A program made the translations under genes and the position numbers. A model generated the notes under the pieces. That model worked only from the letters and a program-made list of their open reading frames with translations. It had not been told where the DNA came from and ran no database searches. From assembly GCF_036971445.1 (NCBI RefSeq), contig NC_091472.1, positions 204,538,001-204,602,000 on the forward strand: 64,000 nucleotides of DNA, given 5' to 3'. This stretch comes from Narcine bancroftii. Its lineage: Eukaryota. Shown here one piece after another: positions 46,497-59,929 of the stretch (the stretch's first letter is position 1; each line of letters starts with the position of its first letter).

Positions 46497-49400
46497 AGGT
46501 GGGCGTGGCAAGATGGCGTAGAGACTAGATGTGTAATCCCTGCCCTCTCTGGTCAGACTTTTAAGTGCCCGTTTTTTAACCCTTTAATTTTAAAACTTTA
46601 ATTTTCAGTTTGATATTTTGGTGAGCCATTATGGCTGCTAATGCAAAAAAAACTAAGCCTCGGTTACAAAAGAAAATACAGATTTGAAGTGCAGCGTAAA
46701 CAACTTGGAACAGCCTCGGATCCATTTTCAGCGATCCCCAAGCTTCAACGATCTTCAACAGCTACTCACCAGTCTCAAGATAGCGCTGGTTTGACCCGTT
46801 CTGCGGAGGAAGGATGGGCTCCCGAGAAGTCGGGCATGAGCCTGGAGGCTTGTTACAACGAACACCCCCATTGGAAGAGACGGGAGCATGGAAGAAGAGG
46901 ATTGTGACGGCAGATACGCAATCTACAGTGACTGTTGGCTTGGATGGCATCGTTAATTATGGAGAACTCTGTAATTTTATGAAAAAATGGTCTGCGGGTG
47001 GACAGCAGTGACGACCCCCTGACTTCCTCTTACTTTACTCTCCCACTGCACAAGAAATGGAAGAAGAGCTGGAAGAAAGTGAGTTACAACTTATGAAATC
47101 GGATCCTGCATTTCAAACTGCACCTCGGCCTGTTTACATGATGTTTGAAGGTATTGCTTCTTATTTGGATGTTATTACTGGTCAATTGAACCAGCTGGTT
47201 CAAATGAATACTGATATAATTTCAGACCTAACTGTGGTTAAGACAGAAGTTAAAGAAAATAGGGAAAACTTTGAAAAATTTGAAGCTTCTTTTTTTGAAT
47301 GTAAACAACAGGTACAATCTAATACAGAAACAATAGTAAAGGTTGAAAAATCAGTTAAAGATTTAGGAGCCTGGGAAAAAGAGTTAACCAAAAAAAAATG
47401 GACTATTTGGAAAATCAAAGCAGAAGAAATAATGTGAAAATTGTGGGTTTGCCAGAAGGTATAGAAGGTCAAGATCCTGTCAAATTTTAAAAAAATTGGA
47501 TTCCCCAGATTTTGGGGGAAGAGTCTTTTCCTGATGGATTGGTATTGGAAAGAGCACATAGAGCTTTAAGAAGACCACCCCTACCTGGTTAATCTCCAAG
47601 AGCTGTGTTAGTTCGTTGTTTGAATTGTTTGGACAATTCTTCGATGCAGTTCAAAATGCAAGACAAAGGCAAGCTCCAATGATAGTTCAGAATAGTAGAG
47701 TTTTCTTCTACCCTGATTTGAGTCAAGATATCATCAGATGCGGACGTGGATTGAATCCAGTTAAAGATGTTTTATGGCATAAAGGTTACAATTTTGCTTT
47801 TAGTTATCCTGCTGTGTTGAAAGTGTTTTATGAAAACTATCATTCTCAATTCTTTGAGAGTGAGCATGAAGCAAAGGTTTTTGCTAATGTCAGAGGACAA
47901 AGAAGAAGTTCACCATAATCTCCTAAAATAAAATCTGATGGGCTTGGAAATGGGCAAAATGGCAGAAGTGGAAAGAACGAGAATGAAAAGAGTTCACCAT
48001 CTGGACTGGAATCTCAAGGCTGAATTTTTTTGTAATATGTTAATATTTTTGATTGGCTGACTGGGGAGGAGGGGATTGCACTAACTTCTTTGTTAGTCAT
48101 CAGTCACTAGTGGGTAATCCATACCCAGTTTTTTTTAGGGAGTTACTACCGTTTGGTAGTTTTTTTTGTTGTTTTTCTTTTATTAACGAAAATTATTTTT
48201 ATTTGGAGGGCCTATATATTTTAATTTGAGGATCCGAAATAAAAAAATATTCTCTTTTTTTTTCTTTTTTATTAATTTTGTGCTTATTTTTTATATTTAG
48301 CAATTGTATTAGATATGTTGTATTTGAAATTTTCTACCTTTAATGTTCAGGGATTAAACAACCTGATCAAGCATAAGTGAGTTTTGGCTTACATTAAAAA
48401 GATGAAGATTGATATTGCTTTTTTACAGGAGACACATTTGAATGAAAAAGAAAGTATGAAATTGAAGAGGGACTGGATTGGACATGTTTTTTCTTCCTCA
48501 TTTAACTCCAAAGCTAAGGGAGTAGCAATTTTGATACATAAAAAATTATCTTTTGAATTACAATCAATGGAGATGAATGCAGGACGTATTCTTAAGTTGA
48601 ATTGTAAGATTTTTAATGAATTTTGGACTTTACTTAACATTTATGCACTGAATGTGGATGATGAAGCATTTATTTCGGATGCATTTCTGCTTCTGGGACA
48701 AGCTAATGAAAATGTTCTGGTTGGAGGAGATTTTAACTGTGTTTTGGAACCTTTATTAGATAAATCTCCAAAAAATGTTAAAAAATCTAAAATGGCAATT
48801 CAAATTCGAGCTTTGATGAAAGATTTTAATCTAATGGACATTTAGCGACGTCTTAACCCAACAGAGAAGGATTTCACTTTTTATTCATTTAGACATGAAT
48901 CTTTTTCTAGAATTGATTTTTTTTTTAGTATTGGCTCATTTACAGGGGAAAATACTGCAAACAGAATATAAAAGTAGGGTAATTTCAGATCACTCTGTTG
49001 TATTTTACTTATGAGAGTTCTGAAAAAGTTCATGCAGCTTCTCATTGGAGATTCAATACGATGTTATTAAAAAAACAGGAATTGAATTTTTTTAAAAACA
49101 AATTAATCTCCTTTTGGAAGAAAATGTTAACTCTGTTCAGAGTAAATTTATATTGTGGGATGCTATGAAAGCTTACGTGAGAGGTCAAATAATTAGTTAT
49201 ACCTCTAAAGTTAAAAAGAATTATCTGACCAAGAGCCTTGAATTAGAGAAACAGATTGATGAATTAGAAAAGGAATTTCAGAGAGATGTGACAGAAAATC
49301 AGAAGATAGAGTTGTCTAGATTGAAATTGAAATACAATATGTTGCAATCTTATCAATTTGAATGCTTGATTAATAGATCTAAACAATGGTATTATGAATG

Positions 49401-52400
49401 GGATGAGAAAGCACATAAGGTACTTGCATGGCAGTTAAAGAAAGAACAGGTATCAAGGGTTATTAATGCAGTCAGACGAAATTCGACTGTTACTTATAAA
49501 CCTCGTGAGATTAATTATGAGTTTCATTCATTTTATAAGAAATTATATACTTCTGAGGAAAAACAGGAGAGCGGATCGATTGACTCCTTTTTATCAGTGT
49601 TGAAATTACCGGTACTAGGAGAAGAAGACATATTGGAGCTGGAGGCTCCTTTTACTGATCTAGAAATTAAATCGGCTATGTTGGAAATGCCGAATGGAAA
49701 ATCACCTGGTGATGACGGGTTTTCAGTTGAATTTTATAAGGTATTTTATGATGATTTATCTACAGCAGGGGTGTCAAACTCAAATTCACAGAGGGCCAAA
49801 ATTAAAAACTTGGACTAAGTCGTGGGCCAAACTAAATATTTATTGAAAATTTTCAACAACATCTGCATGTTTTCTCTTCTTTCAACATATGTAATGTTAA
49901 ACTTTTTCTTATTAAAATAAATGTTTAATAATAGTTTTGGTTAAACTCTTTCCAGAAGAAGCATTAACAAATGAGAAATAAAATATTCAATAAATAATAT
50001 TTCTCTATAGCCTTTAAGCTCCTTTTAAATGTTTTTTTTTTCACAAGCCAATAAGTAAAAAAAAAAGCAACTTGCTTCAATGACAAACAGGTTTGTCTTT
50101 TAAAATGATGAACATATAGTCTGCCTCCCACCTGTCTTGAAAGGTCCTGTTTTCTGTCTTTCATTTGGCCATTTTTCGTAAAGGGTTTATTACATGTGAG
50201 TTAGGCGACAGGTCGCAGATGCTAATGAAAGTAAAGAGAGGAGGTGGGGGCAATTAGCGGGCTGACAGGCCGGCACCAACGCATTTGCAAAGCATTCTAG
50301 GATTTGTAGTATTAGCTGTGCATGCGCTATACTGGCACAGTGGCCAGCGGGCCAGCTCTAATACGTATTTGATATGATCTTGTGGGCCAAATATAATTAT
50401 ATCACGGGGCAAATTTGGCCCGCGGGCCTGAGTTTGACATGTGTGATCTACAGTGTTTGGAGATGTGTTACGACAGATTAATCAACATTATGATCTACCT
50501 GAATCATGCGCTAGTGCCTTAATTACTGTAATTCCTAAGAAGGATAGAGATCCGTTAAAGGTGTCTTCATGTAGACCAATTTCTTTGTTGAATGTAGACT
50601 ATAAAATAATAGCTAAAGTATTAGCGAATTGATTGGCTAAATTTTTACCTAAGTTGATACATGTTGATCAAACAGGTTTCATAAAGAATAGGTATGCTTC
50701 AGATAATATTTTTCGAGTGATTAGTTTGATTAATAAATATCGACAGTGCCCTGACCATCCGATGGTGATATCTCTTGATGCAGAAAAGGCTTTTGATAGA
50801 GTTGAGTGGAACTTTTTATTTTAAGTCTTAGAGAAATTTAAGTTTGGTCCTTCTTTTATTGGTTGGATTAAAGCTTTATACAATAAACCAATAGCCAGGG
50901 TATTGACAAATGGTCAGATCTTGGAACCTTTTAAATTAACTTGTTCAAGTTGACAAGGTTGTCCTTTGTCTCCAGCTTTGTTTGCGTTAGTAATTGAACC
51001 TTTAGCACAGTTGATTGCGACAAAATGCACAGATACAAGGTATGAGAGATTTAGATGAGGAGTATAAAATTAATCTATTTGCTGATGATGTACTGGTGTA
51101 TTTAACAAACCCAGCTCAGTCATTTTTACACTTGAAAGAGTGTTTAACACATTCTTTATATCCAGATCTTTGTCTGGATATAAAGTTAACTGGGAAAAAA
51201 GTGAAATTTTAGCGATAGGTGAAGGAGATTAGGTACTGTTATTAATTTGAAGTGGACTGATCGAATTAAATATTTGGGTATAAATGTGGATGTTGATTAT
51301 CAATCTTTATATAAATTAAATTATGTACCGTTAATGAAAAAGATCAAAGCTGATTTGATTAAGTGGAAGGATCTTCCTATAAATTTAATTGGAAGAATAA
51401 ATACAATGAAAATGAATATCTTTCCACATATACAATATTTGTTTCAGTCAATTCCGTGTTTACTTAAGAATTTTTTTTGAGATTTAAATAAAATTGTTAG
51501 GGATTTTTTATGGAAGGGTAAATTTCCAAGAGTAGCTTTGAATAAGTTAACCTGGAAATATGCATTAGGGGGATTACGTTTACCACATTTTCAAAATTAT
51601 TATGAGGCAGCTCAATTTAAATTTATTAGTTCATTAATGGATTTGGAATGGCCCCCTAGTTGGGCTAAAATTGAGATGGGAAATATTTCTGAATTTGAAA
51701 TACATCAATTTTTGTTTCGGTGGAATTTCAATTTATTACAACAATTTATTACAACAGTGCCTATACGAAAACATTTAATGAAGTTATGGATGAGGAAAAA
51801 TAGAACGATAGGTTCTAAGGGTAAATTATTGACTTCAACACCATTATATAATAATCAACTTATTCCTTTTTCAATGTATAATCAATGTTTATTACATTGG
51901 AAATCTAAAGGTATAAAAAACTTGGGGGATTGTTTTAAAGAAGGTGAATTTTTATTCTTTTATCAAATGAGGGAAGATTTTGGTATTAATGAGAATTTTT
52001 TTTGTTTATTATCAACTTTGATCCTTAGTAAAACAAATATTTGGTAGAGATATGATTTTACATAAATTGACTAAATTTGAATCTTGTAATTGCACCAAAG
52101 AAGGGATATATTTCATTGATGTACCAAATATTACAGGAAAGTATGGAAAAAAAGGGAAGGGATAGATATAAGATTAAATGGGAAAAGGATATTAATCTTA
52201 CTTTTTCCGAGGATGACTGGTTAGATATTTGTCATGATCGTGTTAATGGATTGATAAATGTTCGTTATGCAATGGTTAATTACAATTTTTTACATCAATT
52301 GTATTTAACACCTGAAAAGTTTTTAAAAATATGGTTTAGTGAATCAGACTCTTGTTTTAGATGTGGTAATTTGGTTGGAACTATTTTTTTCATGCTGTTT

Positions 52401-52949
52401 GGTTATGTGTACATATACAATCTTTTTGGAAAGCAATTCAATTGTTTTTGGAACATTTGTATAAGATCAAAATATTTCTGGATCTGACAATATTTTTGTT
52501 GGGTGAGTTGAAGCCTTTGAAAGATTTGGGATTAGACAAATTTCAGATTGCTTTTGTGTATTTAACTTTATCTGTAGCAAAAAAAATGTATAGCAAGTGC
52601 ATGGAAAAATGCTCATGTGATTGATATTAATAGATGGAATAATGAGATGAAAACTGGTTTGGTAATGGAAAAAAATCACATGTTTTACATGATAATTATT
52701 CTTTTTCTTAATAAGTGGTCTTTATATTCAGAATATTTACATTTAGATTTACTTTGATAAGATTTTAGTAAATATATTTTCAGTTTTTTTTTCTTTGGCT
52801 CTCCTAAAGAGAGTAGTCTGAGAGGAGGAGGGGGGGTGTTTCTTCTTTCTTTTTCTTTTTTATATATAATTTTTTTTTGTTCATATTATGTACTTTTTTT
52901 TACTGTATGTAATAACCTTGTTGGACGAGTAAATTAAGTTATTAAAAAA
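46497..52949 (+). mobile_element. Full-length degenerate L1-clade LINE
   Basis: 13-bp TSD ATGTATCTTGAAA (46484-46496; 52950-52962); 5' AAGATGGCG; ORF1 coiled coil, ERAHR, FFYPDLS; ORF2 from 48315: FLQETHL, GGDFN, GKSPGDDGF, SLDAEKAFDRVEW, LFADD, C-terminal CFRC; A tail. Confidence 0.95.
49766..50445. mobile_element. 680-bp hAT (Charlie-like) non-autonomous element inserted in L1 ORF2
   Basis: TIRs CAGGGGTGTCAAACTC / GAGTTTGACATGTGTG; perfect 8-bp TSD ATCTACAG. Confidence 0.93.
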
Positions 52950-54329
52950 ATGTATCTTGAAATAAGTTTAACACTAATAAAGTAGCAAATGAAAACTGTA
53001 GTAAACAGGATAAGATATAATCAGGTTATTCCTTTGGAGGTGTGTGGAGAAAACATGGGAAAAGGATACGTGCTCATGAGCTCAGCTCAGGGTGGCACCA
53101 AGCCTGCTGGTCAATAGAACGGCGGCGGATGGCAGGGGATTAGGGTGGGGACAAAAGGAAATGATTGCCAAAATTTCACTAACTGCTCAGCCTCACACTC
53201 CATGATACTTGAACACTGACACAAGCTCTGACAATGGGCGAGTTGAAAGAGGACTGCGGCAGAACTCATTTTGGTCATCTCTATGGTGATACTAAAGGCA
53301 CTGACCATTTTGGCACAGATGTATCCTATCAGTAATTTTATCTTGGAACGTTGTTCTTTTCCAAGGCAGCTCAATGCACATGGAAATAAATATTGCAGGG
53401 ACATCAATCAGGACAACAAGCAGCAAATCTCTTCACGAAACCAAATCTACACTTGCAATTTTCTCCCACATGTATGAAAACCATGATTGATGTGCCATAG
53501 ACATGGACCAGACAAGTGTTCTACTAATACTGGGCTTTTATTAACAGACTAGAACCACCACTAAACTGGCCAGTGGGAAAGCATCTCCATCTGTAATATC
53601 AGTAGGGTGGAGTATCTCTACAGCCATAGCCAATAGCAAGCAGTCAGTATAATACACCCTTCCCCCCCCCCCCCCATTACATCATCGCAATGATACATTG
53701 AAGTTAATTTAGTATAAAGCCCTGAAAGCAATGTAGAATTTACAAAACAATATTAATCATTCTGGAAATTAATTGCTGCAGTTTCTGTTAAAAAAACATA
53801 CTCATTTCAATCCAGTTCTGTTTGAAAGAGAGCAGTTTTTAAAACTGCAGATGCTGTAAATCTGAAATTAAAAAAAGAAAAAGCTGGAAATAGGCAGCAG
53901 TATCTGTCAGATGAGAAACAAAATGAATTTGGCAGGTGAACACTTTATAAAGGAATACTAAACAGCAAATTGTTTTTGCATCAATGGGGTTTGTTAGTTT
54001 AATTTTGATGACTACATGGGTTTTTGAGTTCAGCTGATTCACCCAACCAGAATCATTCAGCAGGCAAGTTGGAGATGAAAAAAAAACTCATATTGGGCTG
54101 TTATACAACTTTCAGTGATGTGTTTATATGTAACTATCTGCCATCAACTTTCAAGTTTCCAGTCTGGGTTGTGAAGGCACACTGCAGATTATGGCATAAT
54201 AAGATCTTCTACAAGCCCATCAGCATACAGTTTCCATGCTGACTAGCAAACACCAATCTATACTAATCCAATTTACTAGGTTATATGCATTTGGTACTTC
54301 AATTCAAGGCTCATCTGGATGATTTGTAA

Positions 54330-55440
54330 CAAGTATGAGAGAAACTGGCCCCTAACCCAGAACAAATTAATCCCTCTGTCTATGGGTAAGAAGATCCTGG
54401 ACACCTGGTGCCAGAATGCGATCAGGTATATTAAGGAATGCTATGAGAAGGACTTATGTTATTCGAGCAATTCAAAATCAAATTTGACTCATCAAACAAG
54501 ACCTTCTTGTGCTAGGTCCATCTATGGCCCTGCCACTGTGTAGTGACATGGAGGCTCTTAATTCGAAGGAGGATCACACTTAACTTCATTTTGGCTATGT
54601 ATCTCTTGTACCAATATGAGAGCCAGAAGCTTGGTCACCATAAAGTGAGGCAAAGATGGGAGTCAGATTTGGGAACAACAATTCCTGAGTGATGCTGGTC
54701 CGACCTCTGCCGGGCAGCATGAAGCCAGTTATTATTGCCAGATATAGGCTGGTGCAATACAACTTTTTGCACCAGCGATAGCTCACACTGCATAATTGCA
54801 TAAGGTCAAGCCAGAAATCTCAGATTTGTGTTTTAGATGTGGCGTAGAGACAAACTTTTGTGCATTCAACGTGGCTATGCACCAAGATGAGACCCTTCTG
54901 GGTAGAATTAGGGGACATTTTGGGAAAAATCACAGAGGTGGAGTATCTGCAGGATCCAGCGCTGTTCCTGCTGGGCGATATTATGGATGTGAGTCCGAGA
55001 TTGTCCAAACACAAAATTCAATTCATGAAGGTTGCCTTGGTAGTGGCCAGGAAATGCATAATGGAAATCTGACTACCAGCTAAACACAGCAAGATGGAAC
55101 ACGGAGATACAGAGCTGTGTTCCCCTGGAGAAAATTATAACTTAAGAGGGAGACTTGACACATTCATTGAGGTGTGGCGGCCATACCTGTGACACGTCGG
55201 CATGCAGGTGTGGTGTGATCAACGTTCCCAGGGCCTTTCTCACTAGGAATAACACAAGCCCTGAAATACTGAGAACGTGGAGACAACTTGGAAATCCTGC
55301 TGGCTCCCTCCCCTCTCCCTTTTTTTTTCTCTCATTGTTATATTTAATCATTGATTTTTATGCTTTTACCTGGGTTGAAGTGGGAGGGAGGGTGAAGAAT
55401 GGTGGGGGTGGGGGGGAGGCGGGAAGGGGGGAAGATTTCA
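54330..55440 (+). mobile_element. L1-clade 3' fragment
   Basis: QYNFLHQ, LCFRCG, HSTWLCTKMRPFW, ALVVARKCI. Confidence 0.8.
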
Positions 55441-56225
55441 AATGAAAAGAATATCAGTCAAATCCATTTGGCATGATGATGTTGGAAAGTTAGGCAAAGT
55501 ATTCAGACATTTCTAATTTGGAAGTATCTAAAAAATGTGGCTTAAGTATATTATATTTATTAGATAATTGTTCAAAAGACATTAAAGCTACCATTTACAA
55601 AAAAAATTCTGAAAAAAGAAATGATTCCTTTAACTTTGCAAAAAGAGAAATGTTGCGAGATAAAATAAAATGCTTTAAAACCAAAGAACTTCTGAAATTG
55701 AAACCAAAGCCATAATGTGTGTTTAAGTACTGGATTGAAGTGTAAAAGGAATAGTAAAGAGTCTACTGAATACCTCTGCTCGGAATTCAATTCCAGAACT
55801 ACCAAATACGGGTGTTCAAATTTATCAGAATATAGTAGATTCAGGAAATATAGCGGATGGTAACTGCCCAGTTATAGATCAGGTAAAGCCTTACCACCAT
55901 CTTTCTTTAATTTCTGCAGATGGAATTTACTCTATCTGGCATTCTTTTTATTCCAAATGTAAGATATTTTAGAATCAATGTTATCAAAAAAGGATTTTGG
56001 AATAAAAACTTGGACTGCTTGGACAAAAGTTTAGGTAGCATTTCAATAGCATTAATACGACCTATTAAAGATAAAGCCAAGAGAGGCCATTTAGAAAGAG
56101 ATTGTTTCACATAAACTATCAAAGAAAGAAAGTTAAATTTATATCGATCTTTAAATGTTTTGGTGATTTTTAACCCCAGGATAGGTAAAATGGTCTTTAA
56201 CCACTCTATAAAGTGTGCATGTTTA
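55440..56225 (-). mobile_element. L1-clade RT/C-terminal fragment
   Basis: LSKWPLLALSLIGRINAIEMLPKL; GGKALPDL..NWA. Confidence 0.75.
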
Positions 56226-56849
56226 TTGGGAGTAATTCGCTCTTATAAAGATTCAATTTATATCCAGAGAAGCGACCAATATTTGTCAAGTTTATATTGC
56301 GTGGCTAATTTTATTTAACCGTTGGAGAATTTTAGATGGTGTTCGTATTTCCACCACCCGACAGGTCCGCGAGGAGCCAGAAAACTGGAGTCAGAAACCT
56401 GAGGCAAGTATAAAGGACACTTTTCACGTGTAATTTATCCGCGGCTGCTCCCCGGATGAAGAAAATACCAGATCTACCTGCAAGTCATTGCAGCTGTTGT
56501 GCCCGAGACTCGAGCGGAGAACGAGCCGAGTCGTTGGTCCAAGGACAACAGTTAGGTCCAGGACTGTCACTTAGCGGTCGGGATCCGGGATTGCACCAAT
56601 AGCCTCTGCCACGTGGTGAAATGGTCAGGAATCGACGATATCGATCCTCTTCTCTGAGAGTCCGGTTTTTTTTCCATTTTCGTTATCCTTGCACTAATTC
56701 CAAGGTGATGTCATTAGGAAATACTCTTGGAGTTTCCCATATCGTCACGTCAAGTCTGATACCCTGTTTAATCCATGATATCAAAAGTCAAGGAGTTTCT
56801 CGTCGCTTCCCATGCCATCCACGCCAATTGAATTGAATGAATGGGCGGT

Positions 56850-57030
56850 CCGGTTGTGGGAGTGGTTACAGCGCCAGTGATCGGGACAGGGGCTCGAATC
56901 CCGCCCTATGTGTAAGGAGTTTGCACGTTCTCCCCGTGTCTGCGCGGGGTTTCTCCGGGAGCTTCGGTTTTCTCCCACCGTTCGAAACGTACCAATGTGA
57001 ATTGGGTGTAAATTGGGCGGCCATGGCGTC
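56850..57030 (+). mobile_element. tRNA-derived SINE
   Basis: AGTGGTTA A-box-like, GCTCGAATCC B-box, then TGTAAGGAGTTTGCACGTTCTCCCCGTG core. Confidence 0.75.
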
Positions 57031-57574
57031 ACGTTAACAATCTGTGTAAATATGGTGACAAATGAAGGTATTGCAACAGTAACATTAGCGTGATCTTATC
57101 AGTAATTGAGTATTCGTCCAATCTCAGCGATTAATTAATATTATTTCATACGTGATAGAATACTGCCATCTATCGCTGCCCAACGGCACGGAAACCAGAA
57201 TGAACTCCGGCAACAATTCGGATTTATCTGGGAGATATACATTTCTTGAATTAATACCAAGAAACGTGCATCTCCCAACGAAACATGTCGTGACGTTGCC
57301 GGTCAAGATTTACCATTGACTTCCGAACTTCCTGGAGTCGGGCAGTAGAGCGGGACACTGCCGAATTCCCCAGCAGTGACGCCGAGGAATGCGCCCGGGT
57401 GAAGCTGAACTGGGCAGAATCATCGAGTCCATACCCAAGGCCTTCCACGCGTACGCGAAGAAGGATGACGAGACGGGGTGGGGCCGAAAAGGGATTAAAA
57501 GGGGGATCAAAGTAAAGACTTTGCATTCATGTGGTCACTGGGAAGCGGGACCTTGGTTAAGGCGTGGTCAGTTC

Positions 57575-58800
57575 GTTTGCAGATGACACGAAGTTTAGAG
57601 GTGTTATGGATGATGTGAAAGGTTGCCATAGGTTACAACTGGATACAGACAGGGTGCGTAGTTGGAGAGGGAAGAAGTAACAGATGGAGTTCAATTCGAA
57701 TTAGCGTGAAGTGATGCGCTTTGGAAGATCAAATTTGAAGGCGGATTACGTGGTTATTAACAGCGTGGGGGACCAGAGGGGTCCAAGTCCATCCACCCCT
57801 CGAGGTTGCCACACATATGGTGCAGTCGCCTTCGGTCGTCGGGGGTTGTGTTCAAGATTCCTAAAGTTATATTTTATAAAACCCGAGTTAAATCATCATT
57901 TCAATATTGCGTTCACTTCTGGACACCTCATTACAGTTTAATACACAAATGTTTGGAGAAACTCAGCAGGTCACACAGCGTCCAAAGCATGTAGCAGTGG
58001 TTCTCAACCTTTTTCTTTCCACTCACATACCCTAAGTGCTCTGTGATTAGTAAGGGTTGCTTAAGGTGATATGTGAGTGGGAAGAAAACGTTTGAAAACC
58101 ACTTTAATTGTACCCAATTGACTCGTTATGTGAATGTTTTCATATCTCCAAAGGAAAAGGGTCAATGACAATTTTTCTCCAGCAAGATATTTCAGTAACA
58201 ATTGGGTCTGGAGCAGTGATTTTAAGCAATCCCTTACTAATCACAGAGCACCGATGGCAGAGGGATTACTTAAAGTGGGACGTGAGTGGAAAGAAAAAGG
58301 TTGAGAACCACTGATGTAGAGATATATAAGCAACATTTCGGACCTGAGCTCTTGGTCAAGGTAACAGGAAAGACGTAGAAGCTTAAAAGAGGTTGCTGAG
58401 ATTTGCCAGGATGTTGGCTGGACTGGCGAACCTTATGAAACAAGGTTGACAGAGCTGGGTTTTTGTTCTTTGCGCTAAGAAGGATGAGAGCAGAATTTAT
58501 AGAAATATTTAAGATTAGGACGGGTATAGAGAGAGCGGACAGCCAGCTTGTTCTTCCCAGAGAAATAGTAATAAATACCAGAGGACATCAGTTTGAGGTG
58601 AGTGGAGGACATTTTGGGGGAGATACCAGAGAGTGGTGGATGCCTGGAATAAATTGCCCGAGGTGGTTGTGGAGGCTGGTACAAAAGGTACATATAAAAG
58701 ATTCTGAGCTACACAGGGACATGGGTGTCAGAAAATAAGAGAGTTAAGGGTGTGAGGGAAGAAGGATTAAATTGTTGAGGGGTGTGTGTATACTGAGTGT
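57575..58800 (+). mobile_element. CR1 fragment containing a Penelope-like end (57940-58380), itself containing a hAT MITE (57995-58313)
   Basis: FADDTK and YCVHFWTPHY before, RRMRAEFIEIFKI after; MITE TIRs CAGTGGTTCTCAACC / GGTTGAGAACCACTG. Confidence 0.75.
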
Positions 58801-58939
58801 TCCATATCGCTGGCCTGGCAGCCCTCTCGAGGCAGCGTCTTGGATAGATGCTTGCAGTCAACGGCGGGTCAGTGGCCGCGATAGGCTTCGCTAAGTTTGG
58901 CACTTTTTTTCGCCTTCTGTATTAAGTTTCCATGAGTTT

Positions 58940-59150
58940 CCAAACGAGACTGATGCAATCAGTAAGTACACGCCAAATCTCCGCTCTTTTGGAAGGTACA
59001 AGCGCAGGCGTGCCTTCTTCGTGGTTGCTTTAATGTATTGGGTCCACGTGAGATCCTCTGATAAATGGACCTCAGGAAATTGAAGGTACTCACCCTCTCT
59101 ACCGCGATCCCATCAATACGATAAGCGAAAAATCTCTTCCACAATAAGCT
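58940..59150 (-). mobile_element. Rex1/L2-type LINE fragment
   Basis: KTKELIV..., IDGIAVERVSTFNFL.., IKATTKKARLRLY motifs. Confidence 0.6.
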
Positions 59151-59929
59151 CTTTAGTCTTGTCCAGAGGTGGCCAAAATGCGGCTCGTGATACACGTGTA
59201 ATGTACAGCTCTCGAAAATGTTGGCTTGAGAAGGTACCAGGGCTCCCCAAGCCGCCCCGGATACTCCAGGACCCTGAAGCCAGACCAGGGTGTCCCTTGA
59301 CGGTCAAGGCCCGGGCTTCGTGACAAGAAGGAGAGGGCAGCGGAGGAATGGCCCCGAGAGAGGAGCGGAGCGAGCAGCGCACGCCGGAGTCGGGTTCTCC
59401 CCGCTGGGGCAGAGCAACACCAGAGCAGAGGGTGAAGCTGAGGGTCCTCCGTAGGGAGCGGCCGCAGATGTCCGGAAGCCGGGTCTGGGCCAGGAGAGTT
59501 CCGATGAGGCCTGGCCTTTCCCAGAGGTGGGGGTGTCTGTCTGAGACACGCACTCTTGCAGGGGGAAGCGATGTGAAGGAAACGGGGAGGAGAGGCAGGA
59601 GAGGGTCCCCATGAAGACGCCAAGCCAGGACAGAGCTGAACCTGGCAGCAGCTGTGAAGGTCCTATCAGTGGCCTCAACAATTTAATCCTTCCCTCCCTC
59701 ATTTGCTGGCCCCACCAGATGGAGAGTCAGCACCAGGCAGCGCAGAGGTCAGATCGCTTCAACCTCCGCTCCCAGCAGCCACTCCTCCCATCCCGCCAGC
59801 GACTGGGAAGAGAGGAGCGGGGGTGGGATGAGAAGGAGCAGAGCTGTGTGCCCCCTGGCCTCGCCCTGCCGCAGGAGGAAACTTTGCACCGGTTCGCTTC
59901 CCGGTTCCAGAGTACTTGGAGGCACTTGT

